From: an uncultured Rickettsiales bacterium | GTDB taxonomy: Bacteria; Pseudomonadota; Alphaproteobacteria; Rickettsiales; SXRF01 | Direction of reading: 5' to 3' | DNA length: 64,000 nucleotides | Assembly (NCBI GenBank): GCA_964535825.1 | Contig: CAZHUC010000005.1 | Span: forward strand, 102,229-166,228 | Shown: positions 9,733-19,634 of the stretch, in pieces | Layout of the letters: each line of letters opens with the position of its first letter | Numbering within the stretch: the stretch's first letter is position 1 | Notes under the pieces: generated by a model | What the model was told of the DNA's origin: nothing | The model's input: the letters and a program-made list of their open reading frames with translations, nothing else | The model's database searches: none | Program-made: the position numbers and the translations under genes

Positions 9733-11223
9733 ATGGTACTTGCTCTTTCCACATCTCCTGATGCACTTTCTGCCGACGCAGACGATATCGTTTATCGTCA
9801 GGCACCGGGAAATATTGAAGCAGAGCAAGCACTGCTTGGCGCGCTTCTGGTAAACAACGAAGCGCTCGCCCATGTCGGCGATAAGCTGCACGCCGAACAT
9901 TTCCTTGAGCCTCTGCACGCACGCATCTTTGAAGCGATCCAGAAATTCCACGACAAAGGGTTGATCGCCAATCCTGTCACGCTGAAACACTTCTTCGATC
10001 AGGATGCAGCACTTGCCGATATCGGCGGTGGTGTCTATCTGGCAAAACTTGCAGCCGCAGCGGTTACCGTGATTAACATCTCCGATTACGGCCAAATGAT
10101 CTATGACCTCGCGCTCAAGCGCCAGTTGATCGCTATCGGCGAAGACGTGGTCAACAATGCCTATCTGCACCAGCTTGATGAACCGGCACAGCACCAGATC
10201 GAAGAAACCGAACAGAAGCTCTTCAATCTTTCACTGGAAGGTTCTGGTGACAAAGGATTTCGCTCTATTCGCCATTCCGTTATCGGCGCGATCAAACATG
10301 CAGAGTTCGCACAGAAACATGATGGCGTCATTGGCCTTCCCACTGGGTATATCGATCTGGATCGTATCCTTGGCGGCTTGCACCGCTCAGACCTCATCAT
10401 CCTTGCGGGTCGCCCTTCCATGGGTAAAACAGCACTGGCCACCAACATTGCCTATAATGCCTGTGCAAGCCTGCAGCAAAAAGCCAAAGAAAAGAATATT
10501 CCGCCGAAAGAAGCTGGCTGCGTTGGTTTCTTCTCGCTTGAAATGTCAGCTGAGCAGCTTACTACGCGTCTGCTTTCTGCAGCGAGTGACCTGAATTCTT
10601 CCAATATTCACAATGGTCGCATCAGCAATGATGAATTCACGCATCTGGTACGCGCCAGCAATGAAATGAGCGCGATGCCATTCTTCATTGATGACACACC
10701 TGCCCTATCCATTTCAGCACTGCGCACCCGCGCACGCCGCCTGAAACGCATGAACAATTTGCAGCTGCTGGTGATCGATTATCTGCAGCTTGCGCGTGGC
10801 AGCTCTGCTATGTCCCAGAATAACCGCGTGCAGGAAGTATCCGAGATCACGCAAGGCCTCAAAGCCATCGCTAAAGAACTCGATATCCCTGTGATCGCAC
10901 TGTCACAGCTTTCACGTCAGGTTGAAAATCGCGGCACGAAGGCACGGGATAAAATTCCGCAACTGGCTGACCTTCGTGAATCAGGTTCTATTGAGCAAGA
11001 TGCCGACGTGGTGATGTTCATTTACCGCGAAGAATATTATCTCTCTCGCGAACAGCCGATGGAAGGCACGCCAGAGCACGCCGCTTGGCAAACAGAAATG
11101 GACCGCGCCATGAACGTGGCCGAGGTTATCATCGCCAAGCACCGTAACGGCCCGATCGATACGGCAAAGCTGCGCTTTGAAGGCAGGCTCACCAAATTTA
11201 CCAATCTGGATGAGCATCACTAA
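9733..11223 (+). CDS. dnaB: Replicative DNA helicase DnaB
   Basis: PGNIEAEQALLGALL N-terminal motif, Walker A GRPSMGKTALA, FSLEMS, LVIDYLQL, SQLSRQVE, RESGSIEQDADVV. Confidence 0.95.
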   Translation: MVLALSTSPDALSADADDIVYRQAPGNIEAEQALLGALLVNNEALAHVGDKLHAEHFLEPLHARIFEAIQKFHDKGLIANPVTLKHFFDQDAALADIGGGVYLAKLAAAAVTVINISDYGQMIYDLALKRQLIAIGEDVVNNAYLHQLDEPAQHQIEETEQKLFNLSLEGSGDKGFRSIRHSVIGAIKHAEFAQKHDGVIGLPTGYIDLDRILGGLHRSDLIILAGRPSMGKTALATNIAYNACASLQQKAKEKNIPPKEAGCVGFFSLEMSAEQLTTRLLSAASDLNSSNIHNGRISNDEFTHLVRASNEMSAMPFFIDDTPALSISALRTRARRLKRMNNLQLLVIDYLQLARGSSAMSQNNRVQEVSEITQGLKAIAKELDIPVIALSQLSRQVENRGTKARDKIPQLADLRESGSIEQDADVVMFIYREEYYLSREQPMEGTPEHAAWQTEMDRAMNVAEVIIAKHRNGPIDTAKLRFEGRLTKFTNLDEHH

Positions 11224-11229
11224 CACGCT

Positions 11230-12297
11230 ATGCATAATGTCCCAACCCTTGAAGTAAGCCTTAAAGCCCTTGCTGCCAATTATGAGATCATCAGATCAAA
11301 ATTAGGCGACAGGTTATGTGCTGCCGTGGTGAAAGCCAATGCCTATGGTCTGGGCATGGAAGGCGTAAGCGCGCATTTATGGGCCTTAGGCTGCAAGCAG
11401 TTCTTTGTGGCAACGCTTTCTGAAGCCATTGACCTGCGCGCAGTGCTTCCAGATGCGGTCATTTACGTATTCCAGGGTGTACTGCCTGGTGAGGAAAAAG
11501 AATTCCTGCACCGCCAGCTGATCCCTGTGCTTAACAGCATGGAACAGATCGAGCGCTGGGAGAATGTTGCCGGTGAAAAAAATGCGGTGCTGCATGTCGA
11601 TACCGGCATGACGCGCCTTGGCCTCACCGAAGGTGAAGCACTGGCACTTGCGGCGGATAAAACACGCATTGAAAAATGCGGCATCCGCATGGTGATGAGC
11701 CATCTTGCCAGTGCCAATGATGGCGATATAGAAAAAAGTAATGAGCAACGCGTACGCTTTGAGAAAGCCTTCCGCGCCTTCGGGCAGCCGATGGCTGCAA
11801 GTCTTGCCAACTCCGCCGGTGTATTTCTTGGACCAGAATATCATTACGACATGGCGCGCACTGGCTGCGCACTGTACGGCATCACACCGATCACCGGCAC
11901 AAACCCGATGCAGCATGTGGCAACCCTTTCTGCACCCATCCTGCAGATCCGTACGCTCGACCGCGATGAGACCGTAGGTTACGGCGCAACCTACGCCGCA
12001 AAGAAAGGCAGCCGTATCGCCATTTGCGCACTGGGCTACGCCGACGGCATGATGCGCTCGCTCAGCAACCGAGGGTTCGCGTTCGTAGCAGGCCAGAAAG
12101 TGCCTTTCGTTGGCCGCATATCCATGGATATGATCGCACTGAACGTGAGTGATATTCCCGAAAAAGAACTGGCGGGATGCCGCGCTGAGTTCATCAACGC
12201 CAGGCAGGATGTGAATATGCTCACCGCCCTGTGCGATACTATCGGTTATGAAATGTTCACCCGCATGGGCCGGCGCGTAAAGCGCATTTACATATAA
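11230..12297 (+). CDS. alr: Alanine racemase
   Basis: VVKANAYGLG (PLP-Lys), MSHLASA, GYGATY, GYADG, GRISMD. Confidence 0.9.
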   Translation: MHNVPTLEVSLKALAANYEIIRSKLGDRLCAAVVKANAYGLGMEGVSAHLWALGCKQFFVATLSEAIDLRAVLPDAVIYVFQGVLPGEEKEFLHRQLIPVLNSMEQIERWENVAGEKNAVLHVDTGMTRLGLTEGEALALAADKTRIEKCGIRMVMSHLASANDGDIEKSNEQRVRFEKAFRAFGQPMAASLANSAGVFLGPEYHYDMARTGCALYGITPITGTNPMQHVATLSAPILQIRTLDRDETVGYGATYAAKKGSRIAICALGYADGMMRSLSNRGFAFVAGQKVPFVGRISMDMIALNVSDIPEKELAGCRAEFINARQDVNMLTALCDTIGYEMFTRMGRRVKRIYI

Positions 12298-12339
12298 AAC
12301 CCTCTTCCGGGGCAGGCGTTTACTTCCTAACGTCAGGCC

Positions 12340-12813
12340 ATGGAACGACTTTTCCCCAATGACATGCATATCAGCATTGCTGGCAGACATGTACGCCTGC
12401 GCGCAAGCATTGGCGCATTATGTGCTATTGAGCAGCGATTACTTATGCCGCTATCTGCGCTTGTGGATCAATCACTTAATACCGCGCAAGCGCGCATCAT
12501 TCTGCATGAAGCGCTTTCTGCTGCCGGTCATACCGGGGCTACATTCGCTGATGACGAACCACATCTCATTGAATATGCGCAGCGTTACCTGAAACAAAAC
12601 ATGCAACATCTACCGGATGCCAGCTGGCAGGAGCTGTTCCTCATCTATGCAGGCGTCATGAATCGCGCCGCGCAGGAATTCTGGACCATTACACTCGCGG
12701 AATATACGCTCATCACTGAAGGCTTCTGCATGATGCACGGATTCGAGCCACAGAGTGCCCTTCCCCCTGCAACTTCCCAAGATCTCGCAGAGATGATAAA
12801 AAGGTTCGTGTGA
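12340..12813 (+). CDS. Orphan gene-transfer-agent-like tail assembly chaperone; g10-like N-half fused to g10.1 (rcc01693-family)-like C-half
   Basis: N-half ISIAGRHVRLRASIGALCAIEQ resembles the GTA g10 pattern (..G....LRLTLGALAELE). C-half SWQELF..G......EFWTITLAEYTLITEG resembles the rcc01693-family pattern (W..L...G......FW.LTP.EL). Recognised from memory only. Confidence 0.55.
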   Translation: MERLFPNDMHISIAGRHVRLRASIGALCAIEQRLLMPLSALVDQSLNTAQARIILHEALSAAGHTGATFADDEPHLIEYAQRYLKQNMQHLPDASWQELFLIYAGVMNRAAQEFWTITLAEYTLITEGFCMMHGFEPQSALPPATSQDLAEMIKRFV

Positions 12814-12840
12814 TATATGATGCTAATCAGGAAGTTAAAG

Positions 12841-13230
12841 TTATAGGCTAGGTGGCCCAAAAAAATAAATGCTAACAACCAACATCATATACAAGAGAGC
12901 CAAAAATACAGAACATAAGCTAATTATGACCTTGGTAAGATACATGAATACAGGGCGGGAAGAATTTTTTGTACTGCGCCAAATACTTAATAAAATTAAA
13001 AAATAACAAGGGAATAAAAGTGTTGTTGAAGCAAGTTCATAATAAAACCATTTGCCATCATGTTTGTTTAGAAACGAATCAATAATAATGGCATCAAGCC
13101 ACTCAACATGAATAGTTACCATGACTACAAAATAAAACAGTGTCCATACCGTGAAACATATACTCCCAATTATAATGGCACGACCAAGCGACAAATCACC
13201 TTGCAAAAAACATACAATATTTTTTTTCAT
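12841..13230 (-). CDS. Small 4-TM membrane protein, 129 aa, unknown function
   Basis: ATG (13228-13230 checked). Four hydrophobic helices. Lies in a strongly A+T-rich patch. Confidence 0.5.
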   Translation of the reverse strand: MKKNIVCFLQGDLSLGRAIIIGSICFTVWTLFYFVVMVTIHVEWLDAIIIDSFLNKHDGKWFYYELASTTLLFPCYFLILLSIWRSTKNSSRPVFMYLTKVIISLCSVFLALLYMMLVVSIYFFGPPSL

Positions 13231-13258
13231 ATAAGCATACCTCGAAAGGAATTATATT

Positions 13259-14116
13259 ATGCCATACACACCGGACGCTATTAACAAAATAGCAGAGGAC
13301 AACCAAATTATAAACAAAGACGAAGTTGATACGTTTCGCCATATGTACGCCGCTGCAACTTCTACAGGGATTCTTGGTGAATCAATTACGCGCATGGGGG
13401 GTGAGATTATTGAAGCTGGTGGAATGTTGAGATTTTATTATAAATCATTTCGTGGACAAACAAATGATACCTGGACAGACGCTGATAACGATCGTTACAA
13501 GGATTTTTACAATAACGAACTTGGCATTAAGATTGGGCAGACATCCTCCAGTGAAGCCGAAATAATAGCAAAGATCAAGCAAGCTATACAATCGGGCGAA
13601 GCTATTATTGATCCTAAATATTCACGCGCTCGTTTTGAGAAAGATTTTCCTGATACAGCAGAACGCATTAGCTCATCCATGAACTTCGTCGCCAGTGATG
13701 AACCCTCACGTACGGGAGGGTTCGATACCGGAAGCCTTATCCGCGCCCTAACCGGCGGGAAAAGCCAGATGTCTTCCAGACAGATATTTGCCATGTCGGC
13801 TACAGCATTTGCACAACAAGTTATTAAATCCCGCAGGCGTTCGCTGGAAAATGACCTGCTGGATATTTTCACTGGCGGGAATGGAAAGACCACCCTGCCG
13901 CAGGTAGGAAGCGGCAACCCACTGGGTTCATTTACGAACAGCTTTGGCGGATTGATCGATAATCTGGTCGGCTCGGCCATGAGTCGCAGGAAGACCCGCA
14001 TTTCCACCACAGAATCCGAACGCTCAATCGAGGCCAGCCGCAACTGGAACATAAGCCGCAGCCAGCAGCAAGCCATGCTCGCACAGTGGGCCAATCAGGG
14101 GAACAGAAATCTTTAA
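13259..14116 (+). CDS. Hypothetical 285-aa protein, compositionally chimeric
   Basis: ATG with AAAGGA 8 nt upstream. The 5' part is A+T-rich and the 3' part G+C-rich (hand counts in findings). N-half carries DTFRHMY and DFYNNELGIKIG motifs. C-half is Gly/Ser-rich and low-complexity. Confidence 0.5.
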   Translation: MPYTPDAINKIAEDNQIINKDEVDTFRHMYAAATSTGILGESITRMGGEIIEAGGMLRFYYKSFRGQTNDTWTDADNDRYKDFYNNELGIKIGQTSSSEAEIIAKIKQAIQSGEAIIDPKYSRARFEKDFPDTAERISSSMNFVASDEPSRTGGFDTGSLIRALTGGKSQMSSRQIFAMSATAFAQQVIKSRRRSLENDLLDIFTGGNGKTTLPQVGSGNPLGSFTNSFGGLIDNLVGSAMSRRKTRISTTESERSIEASRNWNISRSQQQAMLAQWANQGNRNL

Positions 14117-14194
14117 TGAAAGTTGCCGGTTGATAGTTGCGGGTGGCTGGATTAAAACTACTGGCAACAAACAACGGATAACAACCATCAATTC

Positions 14195-14968
14195 ATGAAT
14201 TTCCTTGCACCTATCGGACGCCTGACCTTTGAATTCCTCGCTGCTGTTGGCAGGCTTGCGCTCTTTATATGGGCTGCAATTTCTGGTCTGCTCCGCCCAC
14301 CGTTTTACTTCAAACAGCTCGGCAGGCAGCTGGTAGAGATCGGCTATTATTCACTGCCGGTGGTCGGCCTTACCGCCATATTTACTGGCGCGGTGCTGGC
14401 ACTGCAAAGCTATTCGGGTTTCTCGCGCTTTTCTGCGGAAAGCTCCATTGCTATCGTCGTGGTGCTGTCCATCACGCGCGAACTTGGCCCTGTGCTTGCC
14501 GGACTCATGGTTGCTGGCCGCATCGGCGCGGCATACGCAGCAGAAATAGGCACAATGCGCGTGACCGAGCAGATCGATGCGCTCACCACACTCTCCACCA
14601 ACCCATACAAATATCTGGTGCTGCCGCGCTTGCTGGCTGGCCTTACCATGCTGCCTGTTTTAGTGCTGGTCGCTGACATCATCGGGGTGTTCGGCGGTTA
14701 TCTTGTGTCTGTGCATGAACTAGGCTTTAACCCAAGCTCTTACCTGAAAAGCACCTTTGAATATTTAGAAACCAAGGACGTGGTATCCGGCCTTGTGAAA
14801 GCCTCGGTGTTCGGCTTCATCATCACGCTGATGGGCTGCTATCATGGCTTTCACTCCAAGGGTGGCGCGCAGGGCGTGGGTGCTGCCACCACGCACGCCG
14901 TAGTATCGGCATCCATCCTGATACTGCTTTCCAACTATTTCCTCACCTCCATCTTCTTTACGGACTGA
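14195..14968 (+). CDS. mlaE: Mla-type ABC transporter permease
   Basis: 257 aa with 5-6 TM. Family hallmarks: ITRELGPVLAGLMVAGRIGAAYAAEIGTMRVTEQIDAL. Confidence 0.85.
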   Translation: MNFLAPIGRLTFEFLAAVGRLALFIWAAISGLLRPPFYFKQLGRQLVEIGYYSLPVVGLTAIFTGAVLALQSYSGFSRFSAESSIAIVVVLSITRELGPVLAGLMVAGRIGAAYAAEIGTMRVTEQIDALTTLSTNPYKYLVLPRLLAGLTMLPVLVLVADIIGVFGGYLVSVHELGFNPSSYLKSTFEYLETKDVVSGLVKASVFGFIITLMGCYHGFHSKGGAQGVGAATTHAVVSASILILLSNYFLTSIFFTD

Positions 14969-14969
14969 T

Positions 14970-15737
14970 ATGGCAACCCCCAAAATAGAGCTCAAGGGAA
15001 TTCATAAAGCCTTCGGCCCGAAAGTGGTGCTGGACGGCATTGACCTGACCGTTGAAAAAGGCCAGTCGCTAGTGGTAATTGGCGGGTCGGGCTCTGGTAA
15101 ATCCGTACTTATCAAATCCATTCTTGGCATCGTAACGCCCGATAAGGGCAGCATCAAAATTGACGGGCAGGAAGTGACCAAACTTTCCTTCCGCGAGCGT
15201 CAGGAAACCATGCGTAAATTCGGCATGCTGTTTCAGGGCGGCGCGCTGTTTGATTCACTCCCTGTATGGGAAAATATCAGCTTCGCGCTGCTGCAGAACC
15301 ATCAGGTGAATAAGCAGCAGGCCAAAGAGCTGGCGGTAGAAAAACTCAAGGCTGTCGGGCTGGGTGCGGATGTGGCCAACCTCTCGCCTTCTGAACTCTC
15401 CGGCGGCATGCAAAAACGCGTAGCCCTCGCCCGCGCCATTGCGGCAAACCCTGAAATCATTTTCTTTGATGAACCAACCACGGGGCTTGACCCCATCATG
15501 GCGGATGTCATCAACCATCTCATCGTGAAATGCTCCAAGGAGTTGGGGGCAACCACCATATCCATCACGCATGATATGGCGAGCGTGCGCACCATCGCCG
15601 AGCGTGTGACCATGATTTATAAAGGCAAGCTCATCTGGAATGGTGACGTGAAAAATATCGACCACAGCGGCAACGAATATGTTGACCAGTTCGTGCATGG
15701 CCGCGCCGAAGGGCCGATAACAGCTGCCGTAAGATAA
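14970..15737 (+). CDS. mlaF: Mla-type ABC transporter ATPase
   Basis: Walker A GGSGSGKS, signature LSGGMQKRVALARA, Walker B IIFFDEPTTGLD. Adjacent to mlaE. Confidence 0.85.
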   Translation: MATPKIELKGIHKAFGPKVVLDGIDLTVEKGQSLVVIGGSGSGKSVLIKSILGIVTPDKGSIKIDGQEVTKLSFRERQETMRKFGMLFQGGALFDSLPVWENISFALLQNHQVNKQQAKELAVEKLKAVGLGADVANLSPSELSGGMQKRVALARAIAANPEIIFFDEPTTGLDPIMADVINHLIVKCSKELGATTISITHDMASVRTIAERVTMIYKGKLIWNGDVKNIDHSGNEYVDQFVHGRAEGPITAAVR

Positions 15738-15793
15738 AAAAACTCGCTAGGCTGAGGCGGATGCGAAGGAAATACCATCCACACTAGTAGAGT

Positions 15794-18460
15794 TTAAGTC
15801 AACGCCCCGTGGCAATGCTTGAATTTCTTGCCAGACCCGCACGGGCACGGCTCATTACGGCCTACCTTGTCTGAGTGTGCAGGAATGCCTCTTTCGGTTT
15901 CATCATCGCCACCGGCAGGATCTTGCCTGCTTTCGAACATCTTGCGCGGCCCGCTCATCGGCGCAAGACCTTGCGGACTTTCCACATGTATCTCCAGATG
16001 TGAGATACGGCTTATCACCAGCTCGCGCAGGTAATTAAGCATCTGCTCGAACAGCGAGAAAGCTTCCTGTTTATATTCATTGAGCGGATCGCGCTGGCCA
16101 TAGCCGCGCAGGTGGATACCCTGACGCAAATGGTCAAGCGACAGCAGATGGTCTTTCCACAGCTGGTCGAGCGTCTGCAGCAGCACGCGCTTTTCCGCCA
16201 TGTGCATCAGTGGCTCGCCATATTTAGCAAACTTGGCAGCAAAGTGATCTGCGGTTTCCTTGTTCAGGCGCTCAAGCACTTCCTGATCGGCGATGCCTTC
16301 TTCCTTCGCCCATTCCGCCACCGGAAGCTGCAGGCCATACACACGGAATACTTCTTTTTGCAGGTCATCCACCGACCATTGTTCAGCATAGGATCTTGCA
16401 GGAATATGCGTGCTTACATAATTACCATTAATTTCCTCGCGCATTTCATTGATGGTGTCAGAAACTTCTTCCGCTTCCATCAGCTCGATACGTTGTTCGT
16501 AGATCACCTTGCGCTGATCGTTCATCACGTCGTCATATTTCAGCAGGTTCTTACGTATCTCGTAGTTGCGCGCTTCCACTTTTTGCTGCGCACGCTCAAT
16601 GGCGCGGTTCATCCATGGATGGAAGATGGCTTCATCTTCCTTCATGCCGAGTTTCTGCAGCAAACCATCAATACGCTCAGAACCGAAGATGCGCATGAGG
16701 TCGTCTTCCAGTGACAGGAAGAATTTAGACGCACCCGGATCACCCTGACGGCCGGAACGGCCGCGCAGCTGGTTGTCGATACGGCGTGATTCGTGGCGCT
16801 CTGTGCCTATCACATACAGGCCACCGGCGGTCAGTACTTGCTGCTTTGCTTCAGAAACTTCCGTGCGGATCTTCTGGATCTTCGCATCTTTATCAGCGCC
16901 TTCCGGCAATTCACCAATTTCCTGCGCTATGCGCATGTCGGGATTGCCACCGAGCATGATATCGGTACCGCGACCCGCCATGTTGGTTGCGATGGTCACC
17001 GCACCCGGACGACCCGCCTGCGCGATGATATAGGCTTCCTGCTCATGGTAGCGGGCGTTCAGCACCTGATGCTTGATCTTTTCCTTGGTGAGCAGCTTGG
17101 AGAGATATTCCGATTTCTCGATCGATACCGTACCCACCAACACCGGCTGGTTGCGCTCATTGGCTTCCTTGATCTCGCGGATCACCGCGCGGTATTTTTC
17201 CATAGCAGTGCGGTAGATCTCGTCATGGTGATCGATACGCAATACATCGACGTTGGTTGGTATCTCGATCACTTCGAGTTTGTAAATATCGTGGAACTCG
17301 CCGGCTTCGGTCATCGCCGTGCCGGTCATACCCGCAAGTTTCGGATACATGCGGAAATAATTCTGGAAAGTAATGGAGGCCAGTGTCTGGTTCTCGTTTT
17401 GTATCTTTACTTGTTCCTTGGCTTCAAGCGCCTGATGCAAGCCTTCAGAATAGCGCCTGCCTTCCATCATACGGCCGGTAAATTCATCAATGATGATAAC
17501 CTTGTTATCTTTCACGATGTAATCCACATCCTTGGAGAAGATCACATGCGCTTTGAGTGCCTGATTGGCGTGATGCACCAGCGAGACATTGCCGATGTCA
17601 TAGAGTGATGTGCCTTCCGGCAACAGGCCAGAGCCCTGCATCAGCGCTTCCACATGGCGCACACCGGCTTCGGTAAGTGTTACCGAGCGATGCTTTTCAT
17701 CTTTCTCGTAATCCTCGGCAACCAGCTGTTTCACCAGCTTATCCACCTGATTATAAAGCTCGGAGTTATCTTCGGTAGGACCTGAAATAATCAGTGGCGT
17801 GCGCGCTTCATCGATTAAAATAGAATCTACTTCGTCCACGATCGCATAATGGAACGGGCGATGCACCATCTGCTCACGCACGAATTTCATGTTATCGCGC
17901 AGGTAATCAAAGCCCAGCTCGTTATTGGTGGCATAAGTGATGTCACAATTATACTGCGTCTGACGTTCATCATCTTCCAGACCATGCGTGATGCAGCCCA
18001 CCGTGAGGCCAAGGAACGTATAGATCTTGCCCATCCATTCCGCGTCGCGCTTGGCAAGGTAGTCATTCACCGTCACTACATGCACGCCTTTGCCGGGGAG
18101 CGCATTAAGATACGCCGCCAGCGTACAAACAAGGGTTTTACCTTCACCCGTCTTCATCTCCGATATCATGCCTTTATGCAGCACCATACCGCCCACCAGC
18201 TGCACATCGAAATGGCGCATGTTGAGCACACGTTTACCGGCTTCACGCACCGTGGCGAAAGCATCCACCAGCAAACTATCCAGTGTTTCACCACCAGCCA
18301 GACGTTCACGCAGCCATGTGGTGCGACCGCGTAATTCGTCGTCGGAAAGGCGTTGCATCTGTGGCTCTAGTGCATTGATTTGCTGCACTTTTGCCTGCAT
18401 GGATCTAACGATACGGTCGTTGGCAGAACCGAAGAGTTTCTTGGCGATGTTCGATAGCAT
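15794..18460 (-). CDS. secA: Preprotein translocase ATPase SecA
   Basis: 888 aa with [39 protein letters not shown], and C-terminal zinc motif [14 protein letters not shown]. Confidence 0.97.
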   Translation of the reverse strand: MLSNIAKKLFGSANDRIVRSMQAKVQQINALEPQMQRLSDDELRGRTTWLRERLAGGETLDSLLVDAFATVREAGKRVLNMRHFDVQLVGGMVLHKGMISEMKTGEGKTLVCTLAAYLNALPGKGVHVVTVNDYLAKRDAEWMGKIYTFLGLTVGCITHGLEDDERQTQYNCDITYATNNELGFDYLRDNMKFVREQMVHRPFHYAIVDEVDSILIDEARTPLIISGPTEDNSELYNQVDKLVKQLVAEDYEKDEKHRSVTLTEAGVRHVEALMQGSGLLPEGTSLYDIGNVSLVHHANQALKAHVIFSKDVDYIVKDNKVIIIDEFTGRMMEGRRYSEGLHQALEAKEQVKIQNENQTLASITFQNYFRMYPKLAGMTGTAMTEAGEFHDIYKLEVIEIPTNVDVLRIDHHDEIYRTAMEKYRAVIREIKEANERNQPVLVGTVSIEKSEYLSKLLTKEKIKHQVLNARYHEQEAYIIAQAGRPGAVTIATNMAGRGTDIMLGGNPDMRIAQEIGELPEGADKDAKIQKIRTEVSEAKQQVLTAGGLYVIGTERHESRRIDNQLRGRSGRQGDPGASKFFLSLEDDLMRIFGSERIDGLLQKLGMKEDEAIFHPWMNRAIERAQQKVEARNYEIRKNLLKYDDVMNDQRKVIYEQRIELMEAEEVSDTINEMREEINGNYVSTHIPARSYAEQWSVDDLQKEVFRVYGLQLPVAEWAKEEGIADQEVLERLNKETADHFAAKFAKYGEPLMHMAEKRVLLQTLDQLWKDHLLSLDHLRQGIHLRGYGQRDPLNEYKQEAFSLFEQMLNYLRELVISRISHLEIHVESPQGLAPMSGPRKMFESRQDPAGGDDETERGIPAHSDKVGRNEPCPCGSGKKFKHCHGALT

Positions 18461-18605
18461 AAAACACTGATGATTTAAGGTGAAAGACAGATAAGGCCTA
18501 AAAGCCTGTAAGTCAATGGCAGCCCTTGCCTATAGTAAAATTATATGCCATATATCAGCCATTCCCACATTTCCATTAACCACCTACCCCTTAAGGATAA
18601 ATCTT

Positions 18606-19565
18606 ATGAAAACGCTGTCCAAAGCCGCCCTGCTTGCTGCTACCAGTTTTTTTGCTTTCTCTGCTTCCGCGCAGGAAGCAACCGATGCCCCAGCCGAAAA
18701 ACCTGCTGAAGCGGCTGCCGCTGCACCAGCCGATGCAAAACCTGCTGCACCTGCAAAAAGCGGTGACTACACGGTTATCAAAGTAGGCAGCGATGAAATT
18801 AAGAATTCTGAAGTACAGGAAGTATGGAAGAATCTTTTCACTGGCGATACCGCTCCGGATTTTTCGAGCTTTGACGAAAATATCCGCCAGAACGTACTGC
18901 GCGGCATGGTGTCTGAACGCCTGATCGCTCAGGAAGCTGCAAAAGCTGGCTATGATAAGAACGCAGAAGTGCTGAAAAAGATCGAAGCGATGAAACAGCA
19001 GGTGATCATGCAGAGCTTCATCGAAGACAAAGCAAAGAACCTTGTAGCGGAAAGAGATATCAAATCTCTCTACAACCAGAAAGCTAAAGAAGCTAAAGGC
19101 CAGGAAGAAGTAAAAGCCCGCCACATTCTGGTATCTAACGAAGATGAAGCGAAAAAGATCGCCGAAGAGATCAAAAAAGGCGGTGACTTCGATAAGATCG
19201 CCAAAGAAAAATCAACCGATAAAGGCTCAGGAGCACAAGGTGGCGATCTCGGCTGGTTCTCTAAAGAACGCATGGTACCAGAATTCGCCGACGCTGCGTT
19301 CAAGCTGAAAAAAGGTGAAATATCTGAACCCGTAAAATCTGCGTTCGGCTGGCATATCATTAAACTGGAAGATCGTCGCCCACTTGCGTTCGCAAGCTAT
19401 GACGAACTGAAGGAAAGCCTGCAGGCAGAACTCACCAATAAATCTGTGCAGACCTATGTTGAAGGCCTGCTCAAAAAAGCTGACATCAAATACTACGGTG
19501 CGGATGGCAGCGAAAAACCATTCTCCCGCAGCCTTGCACCTGCAGCGGGTAGCGAAAAGCAATAA
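18606..19565 (+). CDS. Periplasmic parvulin-type peptidyl-prolyl isomerase (SurA/PpiC-like)
   Basis: Signal peptide MKTLSKAALLAATSFFAFSASA (ATG 18606 checked), Ala/Pro-rich linker, and parvulin domain (ARHILV, GGDLGWF, FGWHIIKLEDRR). Confidence 0.8.
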   Translation: MKTLSKAALLAATSFFAFSASAQEATDAPAEKPAEAAAAAPADAKPAAPAKSGDYTVIKVGSDEIKNSEVQEVWKNLFTGDTAPDFSSFDENIRQNVLRGMVSERLIAQEAAKAGYDKNAEVLKKIEAMKQQVIMQSFIEDKAKNLVAERDIKSLYNQKAKEAKGQEEVKARHILVSNEDEAKKIAEEIKKGGDFDKIAKEKSTDKGSGAQGGDLGWFSKERMVPEFADAAFKLKKGEISEPVKSAFGWHIIKLEDRRPLAFASYDELKESLQAELTNKSVQTYVEGLLKKADIKYYGADGSEKPFSRSLAPAAGSEKQ

Positions 19566-19589
19566 GCTTTTTGTATCAGCAAAAGAAAC

Positions 19590-19624
19590 AGGGGATTAGT
19601 GCATAACTAATCCCCTTTCTTTCC
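19590..19624 (+). terminator. Rho-independent terminator after the PPIase gene
   Basis: 11-bp stem AGGGGATTAGT/ACTAATCCCCT with a 5-nt loop, then TTCTTTCC. Confidence 0.65.
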
Positions 19625-19634
19625 GAGGGTCTTT

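Noticed and set aside
11386-12390. Long antisense ORFs opposite well-supported genes: 11386-12390 opposite alr, 16793-17608 opposite secA, 25444-26226 opposite metH-C, 57707-58423 opposite rpoB, 9682-10194 opposite dnaB, and many shorter ones
   Set aside because: These are shadow ORFs typical of G+C-biased coding regions. Their translations are low-complexity or Arg/His/Cys-rich with no motifs, while the opposite strands encode unmistakable conserved proteins.
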